From NCBI GenBank assembly GCA_965207915.1, contig OZ242304.1, positions 2,065,805-2,129,804 on the forward strand: a stretch of 64,000 nucleotides of DNA. The letters run 5' to 3'. Positions 9,278 to 18,889 of this stretch are shown here, one piece after another. This DNA comes from Chloroflexota bacterium (GTDB lineage: Bacteria; Chloroflexota; UBA11872; VXNJ01). Within the stretch, counting starts at the first letter, position 1, and every line of letters starts with the position of its first letter. The notes beneath the pieces were generated by a model, which did not search any database, was not told the origin of the DNA, and was given only the letters and a program-made list of their open reading frames with translations. The position numbers and the translations under genes were made by a program.

Positions 9278-10051
9278 GTGACCGCGGGCAAGCTTTCCGG
9301 AAAAATCGCCGCCATCACCGGCGGCGGCGACGGGTTCGGCAAGGGAATCGCGCAGAAATTTGCCGCCGAAGGCGCGGCGGTGGCGATCTGCGACATCAAC
9401 CTGCCGGCCGCCCGAAGGGTCATTGCGGGGATCGAGGAAGGCGGTGGTACGGGCCTCGCGTTTGAGGCCGACGTCACCGACAACTCCTCCCTGGAGGCGT
9501 TTGTGGATGCGATCGTTGCGCGGTTCGGGCGACTGGACGTCTGGGTCGGGAACGCCGGCCGAGCCGGCGGGAGCGCTTCCGAAGAAGTGGTGGAAGCCGA
9601 GTACCGGCAGATGATTGACCTCAATCTCTGCGCCGTATTTTTTGGCGCCCAGCTTGCCGGCCGGCAGATGATTGCCCAGGGCGAGGGCGGGCGGATCATC
9701 AACATGGCCTCGGTCGCCGGCTATCGCGGGATTCCGCAACGGGCGGCCTATTGCGCCTCCAAGGCCGGGGTGGTAATGACAACCTACGTATTGGCCGAGG
9801 AATGGGCCAAGCACGACATACGCGTCAACTCGATCTCGCCCGGTTATGCCGACACTCCGCTGTTCTGGAGCTCGGCCGGCTCCGGTAGCCGCATGCCGCT
9901 CGAGCAACTGATGTCGCGGGTTCCGACCGGCAAGTTGATAACCGTCGAACAGGTGGCGCGGGCGGCCCTCTACCTGGCCTCGGAGGACTCCGACGCGGTG
10001 ACCGGGTTGGATCTGCGGGTGGACGGCGCGTTGGCGGTCGGCAACATCTGA
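9278..10051 (+). CDS. Short-chain dehydrogenase/reductase
   Basis: TGGGDGFG, NAG, YCASK catalytic YxxxK, RVNSISPG. Confidence 0.92.
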   Translation: MTAGKLSGKIAAITGGGDGFGKGIAQKFAAEGAAVAICDINLPAARRVIAGIEEGGGTGLAFEADVTDNSSLEAFVDAIVARFGRLDVWVGNAGRAGGSASEEVVEAEYRQMIDLNLCAVFFGAQLAGRQMIAQGEGGRIINMASVAGYRGIPQRAAYCASKAGVVMTTYVLAEEWAKHDIRVNSISPGYADTPLFWSSAGSGSRMPLEQLMSRVPTGKLITVEQVARAALYLASEDSDAVTGLDLRVDGALAVGNI

Positions 10052-10069
10052 CCGCCGGCCGCGAGCCAG

Positions 10070-10519
10070 CTAACTGTCGATGGCGGCCAGGCGCAGCGCT
10101 CTATTCAGGCTCAATCCGAAGAGCAGCAGCAGGATAAGCAGCGACGATATGCACCAAATGCAGAAGTTGTTGATCTGGGTCGCCGAGACGATGGTCAGGT
10201 AAACCGAAAACGTCGATCCGGCCGCGGTCAGGAGCACCAGGGCCAGCGTCGAGTCAGGGTACACCTTGTCGCGCCAGAACAACTCGGCCGCCGCCGCCAG
10301 CACGATCAGCGCGTAGGCAGCCACTCCCAGCAGCGCCACCGGGGCTCCGAAAAGCTCGCCCCAGGCGCTTTGCGTTACCGCCTCGCAGCCGCCGCCCTCA
10401 ATGCAGACTGTCGCCTCGCCGGCGAGGTCGGACGCGCTGAGGTACGCCGCGACCGCCAGTCCGACCACGGCCAACAGGGCCGTCAGGTAGCGGTAGGTAA
10501 GCGAATCCACGAAACTCAT
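10070..10519 (-). CDS. Vitamin K epoxide reductase (VKOR) family protein
   Basis: Loop Cys pair CIEGGGC, S.W..FGxPVA, CIWC redox motif, four hydrophobic helices. Confidence 0.9.
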   Translation of the reverse strand: MSFVDSLTYRYLTALLAVVGLAVAAYLSASDLAGEATVCIEGGGCEAVTQSAWGELFGAPVALLGVAAYALIVLAAAAELFWRDKVYPDSTLALVLLTAAGSTFSVYLTIVSATQINNFCIWCISSLLILLLLFGLSLNRALRLAAIDS

Positions 10520-11409
10520 CGGGCGCTGCCCAGCGCTTCCTCGATTGCGGCCAGAAATTCGTTCAAGGATCCGGAGCCCACCTTGCGCTTGCCGTTGAGA
10601 AAGAACGTGGGAGTCCCGTTTACCTCGAGACCGGAGGCCTCGGAGATGTTGGCCTGCAGGATTTCGGACGTTCGATCCGACTGGGCGTCTTCGACCAGCA
10701 GTTTGCCGTCCAGGCCGAATTCATTGCCGATCGGCTCGAAGTCCTCCCAGCTGTAGCCGTTCGCGGCCATCTGGCGAATCTGGTTCAGCAGCCGGTAGTG
10801 CATCGGCCAGAACGCGGCCGGGTCCTGCTGGGCGGCTGCAATCGCCACTCGCGAAGCGCTGATCGCGTTGGTATCGAACGGACGGTGCCGGGCCACCAGC
10901 ACGGCTTGTCCGGTGTCGATGTACGACTCTTTGACCTGGGGTTCGATCTGCGCGGCAAAGGTGATGCAGTGCGGACAGGTGTAGGAGAAATACTCGACGA
11001 TCAAAAGCGGCGCGCCCGGATCGCCAAGGCGGTGCGACAACGTCGCATGCCGGTGTCCATCGAGTTCTTCGGGCGACCGGGCGATGAACGGTTTTTCGCC
11101 CGATTCGGGTTCGGCGTCCGGTTCCGGCACGCTGGCAACCGGGGCCGCGGGCGTTGATGCATCAATAATCGGCTCCGGGACGCTCTGCCGCGATTGGGCG
11201 TCGAACCAGTTCAGTCCGCCCAGCAGGCCGCCGGCCACTATGCCCGCTCCGGTCCCTAGGAATACGTCGCGCCGGCGCAGCCGGCGCGGCTCTGCACGAG
11301 ATTGATCGGGCGGCGGCGCTGCAGCCCCGGTCTGATCGGCGGCGGCGCGAGTTCGCACTTCGGCCATGCGCCGGCGCCGGCGCTGCCGCGCGTCAGAACG
11401 GCCGGCCAT
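10516..11409 (-). CDS. DsbA/thioredoxin-like thiol-disulfide oxidoreductase, membrane anchored
   Basis: GDPGAPLLIVEYFSYTCPHC and cis-Pro loop VNGTPTFFLNG. ATGA overlap with VKOR. Confidence 0.9.
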   Translation of the reverse strand: MAGRSDARQRRRRRMAEVRTRAAADQTGAAAPPPDQSRAEPRRLRRRDVFLGTGAGIVAGGLLGGLNWFDAQSRQSVPEPIIDASTPAAPVASVPEPDAEPESGEKPFIARSPEELDGHRHATLSHRLGDPGAPLLIVEYFSYTCPHCITFAAQIEPQVKESYIDTGQAVLVARHRPFDTNAISASRVAIAAAQQDPAAFWPMHYRLLNQIRQMAANGYSWEDFEPIGNEFGLDGKLLVEDAQSDRTSEILQANISEASGLEVNGTPTFFLNGKRKVGSGSLNEFLAAIEEALGSAR

Positions 11410-12895
11410 CTGCTTGCTCGGCTAGGAGACCGCGCCGGAGTCGCAGGTCCTGGGCCTGTTCGGGGCGACCGTCTTCTTCCAGGTGGGCCAGCACCGCCTC
11501 AAGCGGAATGTAGGTGTCCGGGGTAACGTCCATCATGTCCTGGAATGGGTCGCGCACGCTCCCCGGGCCGGTGCAGTGGTCGGACCACCAGTTGGAAAGC
11601 AGATGATCCATGTCCGCCGTTACCTGCGGGTCGCTGGCGGCCAGGTTATGTTCCTGCCGGGGGTCTTTCTCCATGTCGAATAGCGAAATCGGATCGACCG
11701 GCAGGCAACCCGGATGCAGGGTCCGGATGAATAGGTGCCGGCGAGTCCGGACCGCCCGCTGGAACGTAAATATCCCGGTTCCCCACACCAGGTGGTCGCG
11801 TCCCTGCCAAGACTCGCCGCGCAGGGCCTGGCCAAAACTCTCCCCGCTCCAGCCGGATGGGATCTCCAGATCGAGTAATTCGGCTACGGTGGGGACCAGG
11901 TCGAGCTGGTAAAGCAGCCCGTCGTAGGAGGAGCCGCGCGCGCCGTCGGTCACGCCCGGCCAGCGGATAACCAGCGGCTGGTGGGCGGTCCCCTCGGATG
12001 CGTTGCCGTGCTCGAAATATAGGCCCTGTTCGGCAACCGATTCGCCGTGGTCGGAGGAGACTATGATCGCGGTTTCCTCGTAAATCCCGAGCTCGCGCAG
12101 GATGTCAAGGATCCGCGCGATGGCGTCGTCGACGTAGGCCATGCCCGCGTCGTGTCCATCGACAAAGGCCTGCAGGTCTTCGCGATTGCGGATCTGAGCC
12201 CGCATCCGCGGAAACCGCTCGAAATAGGCCCTACCGGCCCATTGCCTCTCCATGATGCCCCAGTCGCGTGCCGAGCGGGGGCCGTAGTAGCGCTCGTAGT
12301 CGGCGCGGATTTTTGCGTCGTCGGGCCACTCCAGTCCGGGACCGGCGGCCTGCACCCGGTCCCAATATTGGTCGGGGGCCCGATAGGGATGGTGGACATC
12401 CCAGTAATTTACGTGCAGGAACCAGTTGTCGCTCTGGCCGTTGTCCTGCAGCCAGGGTTCGACCAGTCCGTTCACGTCATCGGCCGATTCGAGCCCGCCC
12501 GGGAGCTTGTTGCCGTGGAATTCGGTGAACCCGGCGGTGAACCACCAGGACATGTGCCGCTGGGCAAAACCGGAAAATGAGACGGTGTTGTAGCCGGCGT
12601 GCTGGAGGTGCCGCATGAACATGGGCCGCTCGGGATCGTGGCGGTGGCCCTCGCCCGGATAGCGCATGTGCTGGGCCGGCCCGTTGTGGCCGACCACCCC
12701 GTTGAGAATTCCGAAACGGCCCGAGAATAGGGCCGCCCGGGACGGATTGCACGGCAGGTCGGAACCATAGCAGCCGTCGAAGCGCACTCCTTCGGCGGCC
12801 AACGCGTCCACGGTAGGCGAGGTCGGCCGCGAATAGCCGTAGCAGCCCAGGTGCGCCGGCCGCAGCGAATCGATATCGAAATAAATGATGCGCAT
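11393..12895 (-). CDS. Cys-type sulfatase-like hydrolase (paralog of 7809-9275)
   Basis: DIDSLRPAHLGCYGY, CNPSR motif, WDVH, SDHGE. Confidence 0.88.
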   Translation of the reverse strand: MRIIYFDIDSLRPAHLGCYGYSRPTSPTVDALAAEGVRFDGCYGSDLPCNPSRAALFSGRFGILNGVVGHNGPAQHMRYPGEGHRHDPERPMFMRHLQHAGYNTVSFSGFAQRHMSWWFTAGFTEFHGNKLPGGLESADDVNGLVEPWLQDNGQSDNWFLHVNYWDVHHPYRAPDQYWDRVQAAGPGLEWPDDAKIRADYERYYGPRSARDWGIMERQWAGRAYFERFPRMRAQIRNREDLQAFVDGHDAGMAYVDDAIARILDILRELGIYEETAIIVSSDHGESVAEQGLYFEHGNASEGTAHQPLVIRWPGVTDGARGSSYDGLLYQLDLVPTVAELLDLEIPSGWSGESFGQALRGESWQGRDHLVWGTGIFTFQRAVRTRRHLFIRTLHPGCLPVDPISLFDMEKDPRQEHNLAASDPQVTADMDHLLSNWWSDHCTGPGSVRDPFQDMMDVTPDTYIPLEAVLAHLEEDGRPEQAQDLRLRRGLLAEQADGRPF

Positions 12896-12932
12896 GTTTT
12901 GCTGGGTGGCTTCTCTTATTGGGTACGCAGAA

Positions 12933-14411
12933 TCAGTCTCGTCGGACGACGTTGCCGGGGCGGACGGTGTTCATTGGAACTCCATCCGGGAACATGCCCG
13001 GGGCAAAGACCGCGGCACCCTGCTTCGGATCGATCCCGTCCGGCCCGTCGCGGAACAGTTTGATAGCAATTTCGGGGGCCTGCGACTGCTCCAGGAATGA
13101 AATCAGCTCTGCGTGCAACCGCGCGTAATGATCGGGCTCCTGGCCGTACAGATTGACCTGGGTATCCGGATCGGCGTCGACGTCATAGAGTTCGCGCATC
13201 CCCGGGTCGGCGTTGTCAACCAGCCACCAGCGTCCGTCGGTCACCTGTAGCGGCGACCAGCCCGTGAACCGTCCCGCCAAGGCCGCGGCGAACGGGCTTC
13301 TCGCGTCAAAGTAGGAAGGACCGTTGCCGGAAACGGTTGCCGTCCGTGCCTCGTACCCGCCGCCGCTCAGCAGCGGGACCCAGGATCTGCCCTGTATGTC
13401 CATCCCCTCCGGAACCTCTACTCCGGTCAGGTCGAATACCGAAGGCGCAAAGTCTGGGTGCTGGGTAAGTTGGGCGATCCGGCTCCCGGCGCCCGCTCCG
13501 TCCGGAAGGCGGACCATCTGCACGGTGCGAACCACCTCGGGATAGATTGCCCGCTTGCCGACGTAGCCGTGTTCGAAGAAATCGAATCCGTGGTCGGACA
13601 TGATGACCACGGCGGTTTTTTCGCGCAGGCCCAGGTCGTCGATCTTCTCCAGCACCCGGCCGATCCAGCGGTCCATCAGCGTCACCTCACCGGCGTACAG
13701 GGCCTTGACGTTGCGCTGCTCGGCCGGACTGAACTTGTCGGCGACTTCCCCAAAAGACGGCCAGGTGATCTTCTCGCCTTCGTAATCCGGATCGTACATG
13801 TCGACGTAGTGCTGGGGCGGGTCCCACGGCTCGTGGGGATCGAAGGAATCGATCCAGAGGAAGAAATTCTCGTGTCCGGCGTTGTGATCCAGCCACTCGC
13901 AGGCGGCCGACATCACCCGGGCCACGCACTGGTCCTCCTCGCGCCGCATGTGACGGTAGTTGCGGAATTCATGGGTGGCCTGTTGGTCCCAGGTGAATTT
14001 GCCGCCGCCGGGGACCTGCAGCTCTGAGAAATAGTCGGTCCGCCAGCGGTCGGCCTCGTTGCCGCGGACGAATTCCCAGCCGGAAAACGGCCGGTCGAAA
14101 CCGTACCCGAAGTTGGCCAGATGCGGGGTGTCGTGGATGAACATCGTTTCGTAGCCGGCTAGTCGCAGGGCCTTGGGCAACGTCATCGCCCCCCACTCCA
14201 GCGGTCGCCACGCCTGGAAGGGGTTGCCGTGGCGGCCCTTCATCATTTCATGGCGATTGGGAACCGTGGGGAACGAGCAGAGGTGGTTGTTGTCGAATAC
14301 GGCCGCCTCGGCCGCGAACGCGTCCAGGTTTGGAGTTGAGATCCAGGGGTTCCCGTTGGCGCCGACGTGGTCGTAACGCAGCGTGTCGTTCATGATCAGG
14401 ATGACGTTCAA
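12933..14411 (-). CDS. Sulfatase-fold (alkaline phosphatase superfamily) hydrolase with Thr at the nucleophile position
   Basis: MNDTLRYDH, TVPNR in place of C/SxPxR, FDPHEPWDPP, SDHG, ELYD. Confidence 0.85.
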   Translation of the reverse strand: MNVILIMNDTLRYDHVGANGNPWISTPNLDAFAAEAAVFDNNHLCSFPTVPNRHEMMKGRHGNPFQAWRPLEWGAMTLPKALRLAGYETMFIHDTPHLANFGYGFDRPFSGWEFVRGNEADRWRTDYFSELQVPGGGKFTWDQQATHEFRNYRHMRREEDQCVARVMSAACEWLDHNAGHENFFLWIDSFDPHEPWDPPQHYVDMYDPDYEGEKITWPSFGEVADKFSPAEQRNVKALYAGEVTLMDRWIGRVLEKIDDLGLREKTAVVIMSDHGFDFFEHGYVGKRAIYPEVVRTVQMVRLPDGAGAGSRIAQLTQHPDFAPSVFDLTGVEVPEGMDIQGRSWVPLLSGGGYEARTATVSGNGPSYFDARSPFAAALAGRFTGWSPLQVTDGRWWLVDNADPGMRELYDVDADPDTQVNLYGQEPDHYARLHAELISFLEQSQAPEIAIKLFRDGPDGIDPKQGAAVFAPGMFPDGVPMNTVRPGNVVRRD

Positions 14412-14472
14412 GGTGAATTCCTAAGAGTGGTCGGAGGTATTACCGGTATTGGCAACGCTGGGTTTGGCGAAT

Positions 14473-15957
14473 TCAGAGGACCGAACCGTCCAGGGTGACG
14501 GTGAACGGCATGCCGCGTTGACGCACCAGCTTGAGGTGTTCGTCGATGTCGGGAACCTGCACCCCGGCCGGACCGTCGCCGTAGATCCGCTTGATCCATT
14601 CCGGGCTGTCGTGGGTCTCCAGGAAGGCCATCAACTCCCGGTGTAGTTCCTGCTCGCGTTCGCGGTTTGCGTCCACGATGTTGTTGGTCATGCCCGGATC
14701 GCTGGGCAGGTGATAAACCTCGTTGCGCTCCCGTTCCGGGTAGGCGATCAACGCGTACTCCGGGCCGGTGACTGTCAGCGGGGTCCAGCCCGGTTCCACC
14801 ATTGGGGCCGGGACTCTTCGCCCGGCGTAGGTCGGATCGCCGACCGGCAGGATTTCGTACGGGAACGTGCCGGACACGGCCACCGGACGATGAATCTCGT
14901 TGGAACCGGCCATCTGCGGCAGCAGCGATCTGCCCTGGATACCCATTTCGGCCGGGGCCTCGATTCCGAGCATTTCAAGGACCGTGGGGGCGAAATCGGC
15001 CGGCTGGGTAAGGGCCTGAAAGCGTTCGCCTGACCCTATTCCGTGCGGGTGCCTGATCATCAGGATCTGATGTGAGACCTCTTCGTAGAGTGGGCCGGAC
15101 TTGGACTGCTGGTCGTGCTCGCCGAAGTAGTGGCCGTGATCGGACATGATCACCACGACCGTGTTCTCGCGCAGGCCCAGGTTGTCGATCGTGGTCAGCA
15201 CGCGCCCGATGTGGGTGTCGCACATCGTGCATTCGGCCGCAAAGAGCTTTCCGATGTGCTCCTGCTCTTCGGGGGTGTACACGTCCGAGGATCGGCAATA
15301 GGCCGGCCAGACCACTTCCACCCCGTCGTAGTCGGGTGCGTACATGTCCCGGTAGTGCTGCGGCGGATCCCAGGGTTCGTGGGGGTCGAAGGAGTCGACC
15401 CAGAGAAAGAACTTGTCGTGGTTGTGATTGCGCTCCAGCCAGGTGCAGGCCGCATCCATGACCATCGGAGCGAAGAACTGTTCCTCGAGGAACTTGTCGT
15501 GGGTCTGGCGGTAAAACTGGGCCATCCCGGCGCTCGTGCGGAATTTGTCCATGTTGCCGAGCCTCCATTCGCGGAACCAGTCGGTGCGAAACCGGTCTAC
15601 TTCATTGCCGCGAATCATTTGCCAAGCGTGGAACGGCCGGTCAAAACCGAAACCGTAATTGATCATGTGCGGGGTGTCGTTGATCAGCATCGTGACGTAG
15701 CCGTTGGCGCGCAGCACTTCGGGCAACGTCAGGCAGTCCCACTGCAGCGGGCGCCAGTAGTGCAGGGGCTCGCCGTAGCGGCCTTTCATCAAATCGTGAC
15801 GGCAGGGTATGGTCGCAAACGATCCGATGTAGGAACGGTCGAACACCGCCGATTCGGCTGCAAACCCGTCTAGGTTCGGGGTCGAGATCCAGTCGTTGCC
15901 GTTGGCGCGCACGTGGTCGTAGCGCCAGGTGTCGTTCATGATGAATACGACGTTCAT
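14473..15957 (-). CDS. Sulfatase-fold hydrolase with Thr at the nucleophile position (tandem paralog of the previous gene)
   Basis: ATG at 15957 after GGAG. MNDTWRYDH, TIPCR, FDPHEPWDPP, SDHG. Confidence 0.85.
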   Translation of the reverse strand: MNVVFIMNDTWRYDHVRANGNDWISTPNLDGFAAESAVFDRSYIGSFATIPCRHDLMKGRYGEPLHYWRPLQWDCLTLPEVLRANGYVTMLINDTPHMINYGFGFDRPFHAWQMIRGNEVDRFRTDWFREWRLGNMDKFRTSAGMAQFYRQTHDKFLEEQFFAPMVMDAACTWLERNHNHDKFFLWVDSFDPHEPWDPPQHYRDMYAPDYDGVEVVWPAYCRSSDVYTPEEQEHIGKLFAAECTMCDTHIGRVLTTIDNLGLRENTVVVIMSDHGHYFGEHDQQSKSGPLYEEVSHQILMIRHPHGIGSGERFQALTQPADFAPTVLEMLGIEAPAEMGIQGRSLLPQMAGSNEIHRPVAVSGTFPYEILPVGDPTYAGRRVPAPMVEPGWTPLTVTGPEYALIAYPERERNEVYHLPSDPGMTNNIVDANREREQELHRELMAFLETHDSPEWIKRIYGDGPAGVQVPDIDEHLKLVRQRGMPFTVTLDGSVL

Positions 15958-15997
15958 GCTCAATCTCCCGCCTTGCCGGTAATCTGCATTTGTTTGG

Positions 15998-17008
15998 TCA
16001 GACCGTCGCTACTATCTTGCCGATATGCGACTGGTTCTTCATCGCCGCAAACGCCTCCGGCAGCCCGTCGAATTCAAACTCCTGCCCGATATAGGGTTTG
16101 TAGCCGACCTTTTCGATGAATTCGTTCATGCGCTTGAACTCTGCCCGCGAATCGACATAAATGCCGCAGACGTTCAGGCGGCGCGCCAGTATCGTCCTCG
16201 TCTCGATCTCGCCGGAGGGTCCGGTCAAGACTCCGAACAGCGCCGCGGTTCCGGCCGCGCGCAGGCTGCGCAGCGACTGGTTCAGGGTCTGTGCGCCGCC
16301 CGCCTCGAGGACCAGGTCCACGCCCCGCCCGTCGGTTATTTCACGCACCTGTCGCGCCCATTCGGGGTGGGTCCGATAGTTGATTCCGTGATCGACACCC
16401 AGCCCGGCCACGGTCGCCAGTTTTTCGTCGTCCTTGCTGGTGATGATGGTTCGGGCGCCCATCGCCTTGGCCATTTGGAGGCCTACAACAGATACCCCGC
16501 CGGTGCCCAGCGCCAGCACGGTGCTTCCCGGCCCCAGCGGATCGCCGGCGTGAAGTCCGGACCAGGCAGTCAGAGCGGCGATCGGCAGGGTAGCGCCCTC
16601 TGCGTGAGTGAGATTGGACGGCTTGGCCACCAGGGCGGTTTCCGGCAGGACCAATTCGGTCGCCGCCACGCCGGGGCCGGGGGTGCCGAGCGTGGTTTGC
16701 AGGTACCGGTCCTGGAACGGCCCATCCTGCCAGTCGGCCACGTAGTTGCTCACGACCCCGTCACCGGCCGAAAACTCGGATACGCCGGCCCCGACGTCAA
16801 TGACGTCGCCGGAAAAGTCCGACAGCGGAACCACCGGCAGTTCCAGGTCGCGGCTGACCCACCCCTCAAGCACCAAGAGGTCGCGGTAATTCAGGCTCAC
16901 GGCGCGCACTGCCACGCGGACGTCGCTCTCGCCGAGCGGGGGCCGGCCTTTTTCGACCTGAGTGAGCGCGTCGATTGCGTAATCGTCAAATTGCCAGCTT
17001 CGGACCAT
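15998..17008 (-). CDS. Medium-chain NAD(P)-dependent dehydrogenase/reductase (zinc-free, quinone-reductase-like)
   Basis: AVSLNYRD, PLSD..G.V, TLPIAALTAW, GTGGVS, HIGKI. Confidence 0.9.
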   Translation of the reverse strand: MVRSWQFDDYAIDALTQVEKGRPPLGESDVRVAVRAVSLNYRDLLVLEGWVSRDLELPVVPLSDFSGDVIDVGAGVSEFSAGDGVVSNYVADWQDGPFQDRYLQTTLGTPGPGVAATELVLPETALVAKPSNLTHAEGATLPIAALTAWSGLHAGDPLGPGSTVLALGTGGVSVVGLQMAKAMGARTIITSKDDEKLATVAGLGVDHGINYRTHPEWARQVREITDGRGVDLVLEAGGAQTLNQSLRSLRAAGTAALFGVLTGPSGEIETRTILARRLNVCGIYVDSRAEFKRMNEFIEKVGYKPYIGQEFEFDGLPEAFAAMKNQSHIGKIVATV

Positions 17009-17128
17009 GGGGCGACCTGTTCGGATTGGCCTGGAATCGGGGACTAGTGGATTCGGACGGGCTAGGCTGCAGACAACCGGACCCCACCATTGACATTTTC
17101 GCCGGGCCAGGCCGTCGCCTTGGCAGGA

Positions 17129-18889
17129 TCAGGCGGCGCCGGTGTAGAGCAGTTCCCCGCCGCGCGGCTGCGCGGCCGGCTCGCCGCGGCCGGGTTCGAA
17201 CCAGGACCCGGCGACCGGCGGGTGATCGGCGTCGGGATCGATCGCCAGGTCCAGAACGCAGGGTCCGCCAAGCCGCAGCGCGTGCTCGAACGCCCCGTCG
17301 AATTCAGAATGCCGGTTCACCCGCAACCCCTCGGCGCCCAGCGCCCGGGCCAGAGTCGCGAAGTCGGTGGACACCTGGAATTCGGTACCGATCGTGCGAC
17401 CCGCGAAATCGGCCTTCTGGCCCTCCCGGATCGCCGCCAGTACGCCGTTATTGAAGACCAGCCAGACGATCGGCAGGCCCATCTCGACCGCGGTGCCGAT
17501 CTCCTGGCAGACCATCAGGAATCCGCCGTCGCCGGTGATCGAGACTGCCGGCAGCCCTGGTTTGGCCAGGGCTGCGCCGATGATCGCGGTCGGTCCCCAG
17601 CCCATCGGCGTCCACCCGCCCGGGTTCAGGAATTCCCCGCCTTCCAGGATTGGGAAGTTGAACGAGAAATAGTGGGCGTGGTTGCCGGTGTCGATCGAAA
17701 GCAGCGATCGCCGCGGAAGGATCCGGCGGACCTGATCGGCGATGCGCAGCGGGTTCATAGGCTCGGCGTCGGGATCCGGCAACTCGAGCTTGTAAGACGA
17801 TTTGGCGCGCTCGACCAATCGGCGTGATTCTGGGGCCCCGGGGCGGCCGCCCAAGTCCGACAACCGGTCGAGCAGGTCGCTCAGAACCGCCCGGGCGTCG
17901 CCCACCAGGGCCGTCTCGGCCGGCCAGGTCCGGGCGATTTCGCGGGGTTCGACGTCGACCTGGATGATTCTGTTCTGGGGAACGAACGGCCGGCCTTCCG
18001 TCCACCAGCTGGTGGACTGGTCCGAGAATCGGTGCCCCACGGCCAGGATCACGTCGGCGTGTTCGCGGATCAGCTCGTGGGCGACCGGGTGGCCAAGCCA
18101 TCCGCAGATGCCGACGCTCAGCGGGTGGTCTTCGGGTATCAGTCCTTTGGCCACGAACGATGAGGAAATGGGTGCACCAAGCAGCTCGGCCAGCGCGATC
18201 ACCTCGGCTGCAGCGCCGGACCGCCGCGCCCCGTTGCCTACCAGAATCAGCGGAAATTCGGCCTCGGCCAGCGCCTTGGCCGCTGCCGCGGTCTCCGACT
18301 TTCCGGCCCGCGGACGGGCCCGGACCAATGCCGAATCCGGCGGTTCGACACTCCCGGCCGCCGCCGCCGCCTGCACGTCCCAGGGGATCTCAATCGCCAC
18401 CGGCCCCGGTCTTCCCACCTGGGCGGTTGTGAACGCTTTGCGCAGCGCCGGCGCGATCTGATCGGTCGACCAGCAGGACCAGACCCGCTTGGTAACCGGC
18501 TGGTACATCTGCATGAATGCCTGATCGATTCCCGACGAATCGGGCCGCGAAGTCTCCTGCAGCTGCCCGCGGCCCAGCCAGTCCCGGATCGGAGATCCGA
18601 TCAACGCCAGCACCGGCGAGGAGGTCGACATGGCGGTCGCAACCCCCATCAGGAGGTTGGTCGCCCCCGGTCCGACCGATCCGGTACAGACTCCGACCTT
18701 GCCGGCGACTCGCGCGTAGCCGTCGGCGATGTGTGCGGCGGCCTGCTCGTGGCGGACCAGGTGGAACCTGATTCCCGGCTCGTCCAGGAGGGCGTCCAAA
18801 ATGTTGGTGTTGCCGTGGCCGGGGTGGCCGAAGACGTGCTCGACCCCGTGTGCGGCCAGGCCGCGCACGAGTAACCCAGCCCCGTTCAT
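17129..18889 (-). CDS. Thiamine-diphosphate-dependent enzyme (acetolactate synthase/IolD superfamily)
   Basis: VRHEQAAAHIADGYAR, GPGATN, GRPGPVAIEIPWDVQ, ThDP motif GDGG...NNG. N-terminal GHPGHGN resembles the IolD GHGN motif. Confidence 0.88.
   Translation of the reverse strand: MNGAGLLVRGLAAHGVEHVFGHPGHGNTNILDALLDEPGIRFHLVRHEQAAAHIADGYARVAGKVGVCTGSVGPGATNLLMGVATAMSTSSPVLALIGSPIRDWLGRGQLQETSRPDSSGIDQAFMQMYQPVTKRVWSCWSTDQIAPALRKAFTTAQVGRPGPVAIEIPWDVQAAAAAGSVEPPDSALVRARPRAGKSETAAAAKALAEAEFPLILVGNGARRSGAAAEVIALAELLGAPISSSFVAKGLIPEDHPLSVGICGWLGHPVAHELIREHADVILAVGHRFSDQSTSWWTEGRPFVPQNRIIQVDVEPREIARTWPAETALVGDARAVLSDLLDRLSDLGGRPGAPESRRLVERAKSSYKLELPDPDAEPMNPLRIADQVRRILPRRSLLSIDTGNHAHYFSFNFPILEGGEFLNPGGWTPMGWGPTAIIGAALAKPGLPAVSITGDGGFLMVCQEIGTAVEMGLPIVWLVFNNGVLAAIREGQKADFAGRTIGTEFQVSTDFATLARALGAEGLRVNRHSEFDGAFEHALRLGGPCVLDLAIDPDADHPPVAGSWFEPGRGEPAAQPRGGELLYTGAA

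Noticed and set aside
17129-18889. Calling the ThDP enzyme ilvB, iolD or xsc
   Set aside because: No regulatory subunit or ilv context. Only the GHGN motif matches IolD, and the Xsc N-terminal signature is absent. Left without a symbol.
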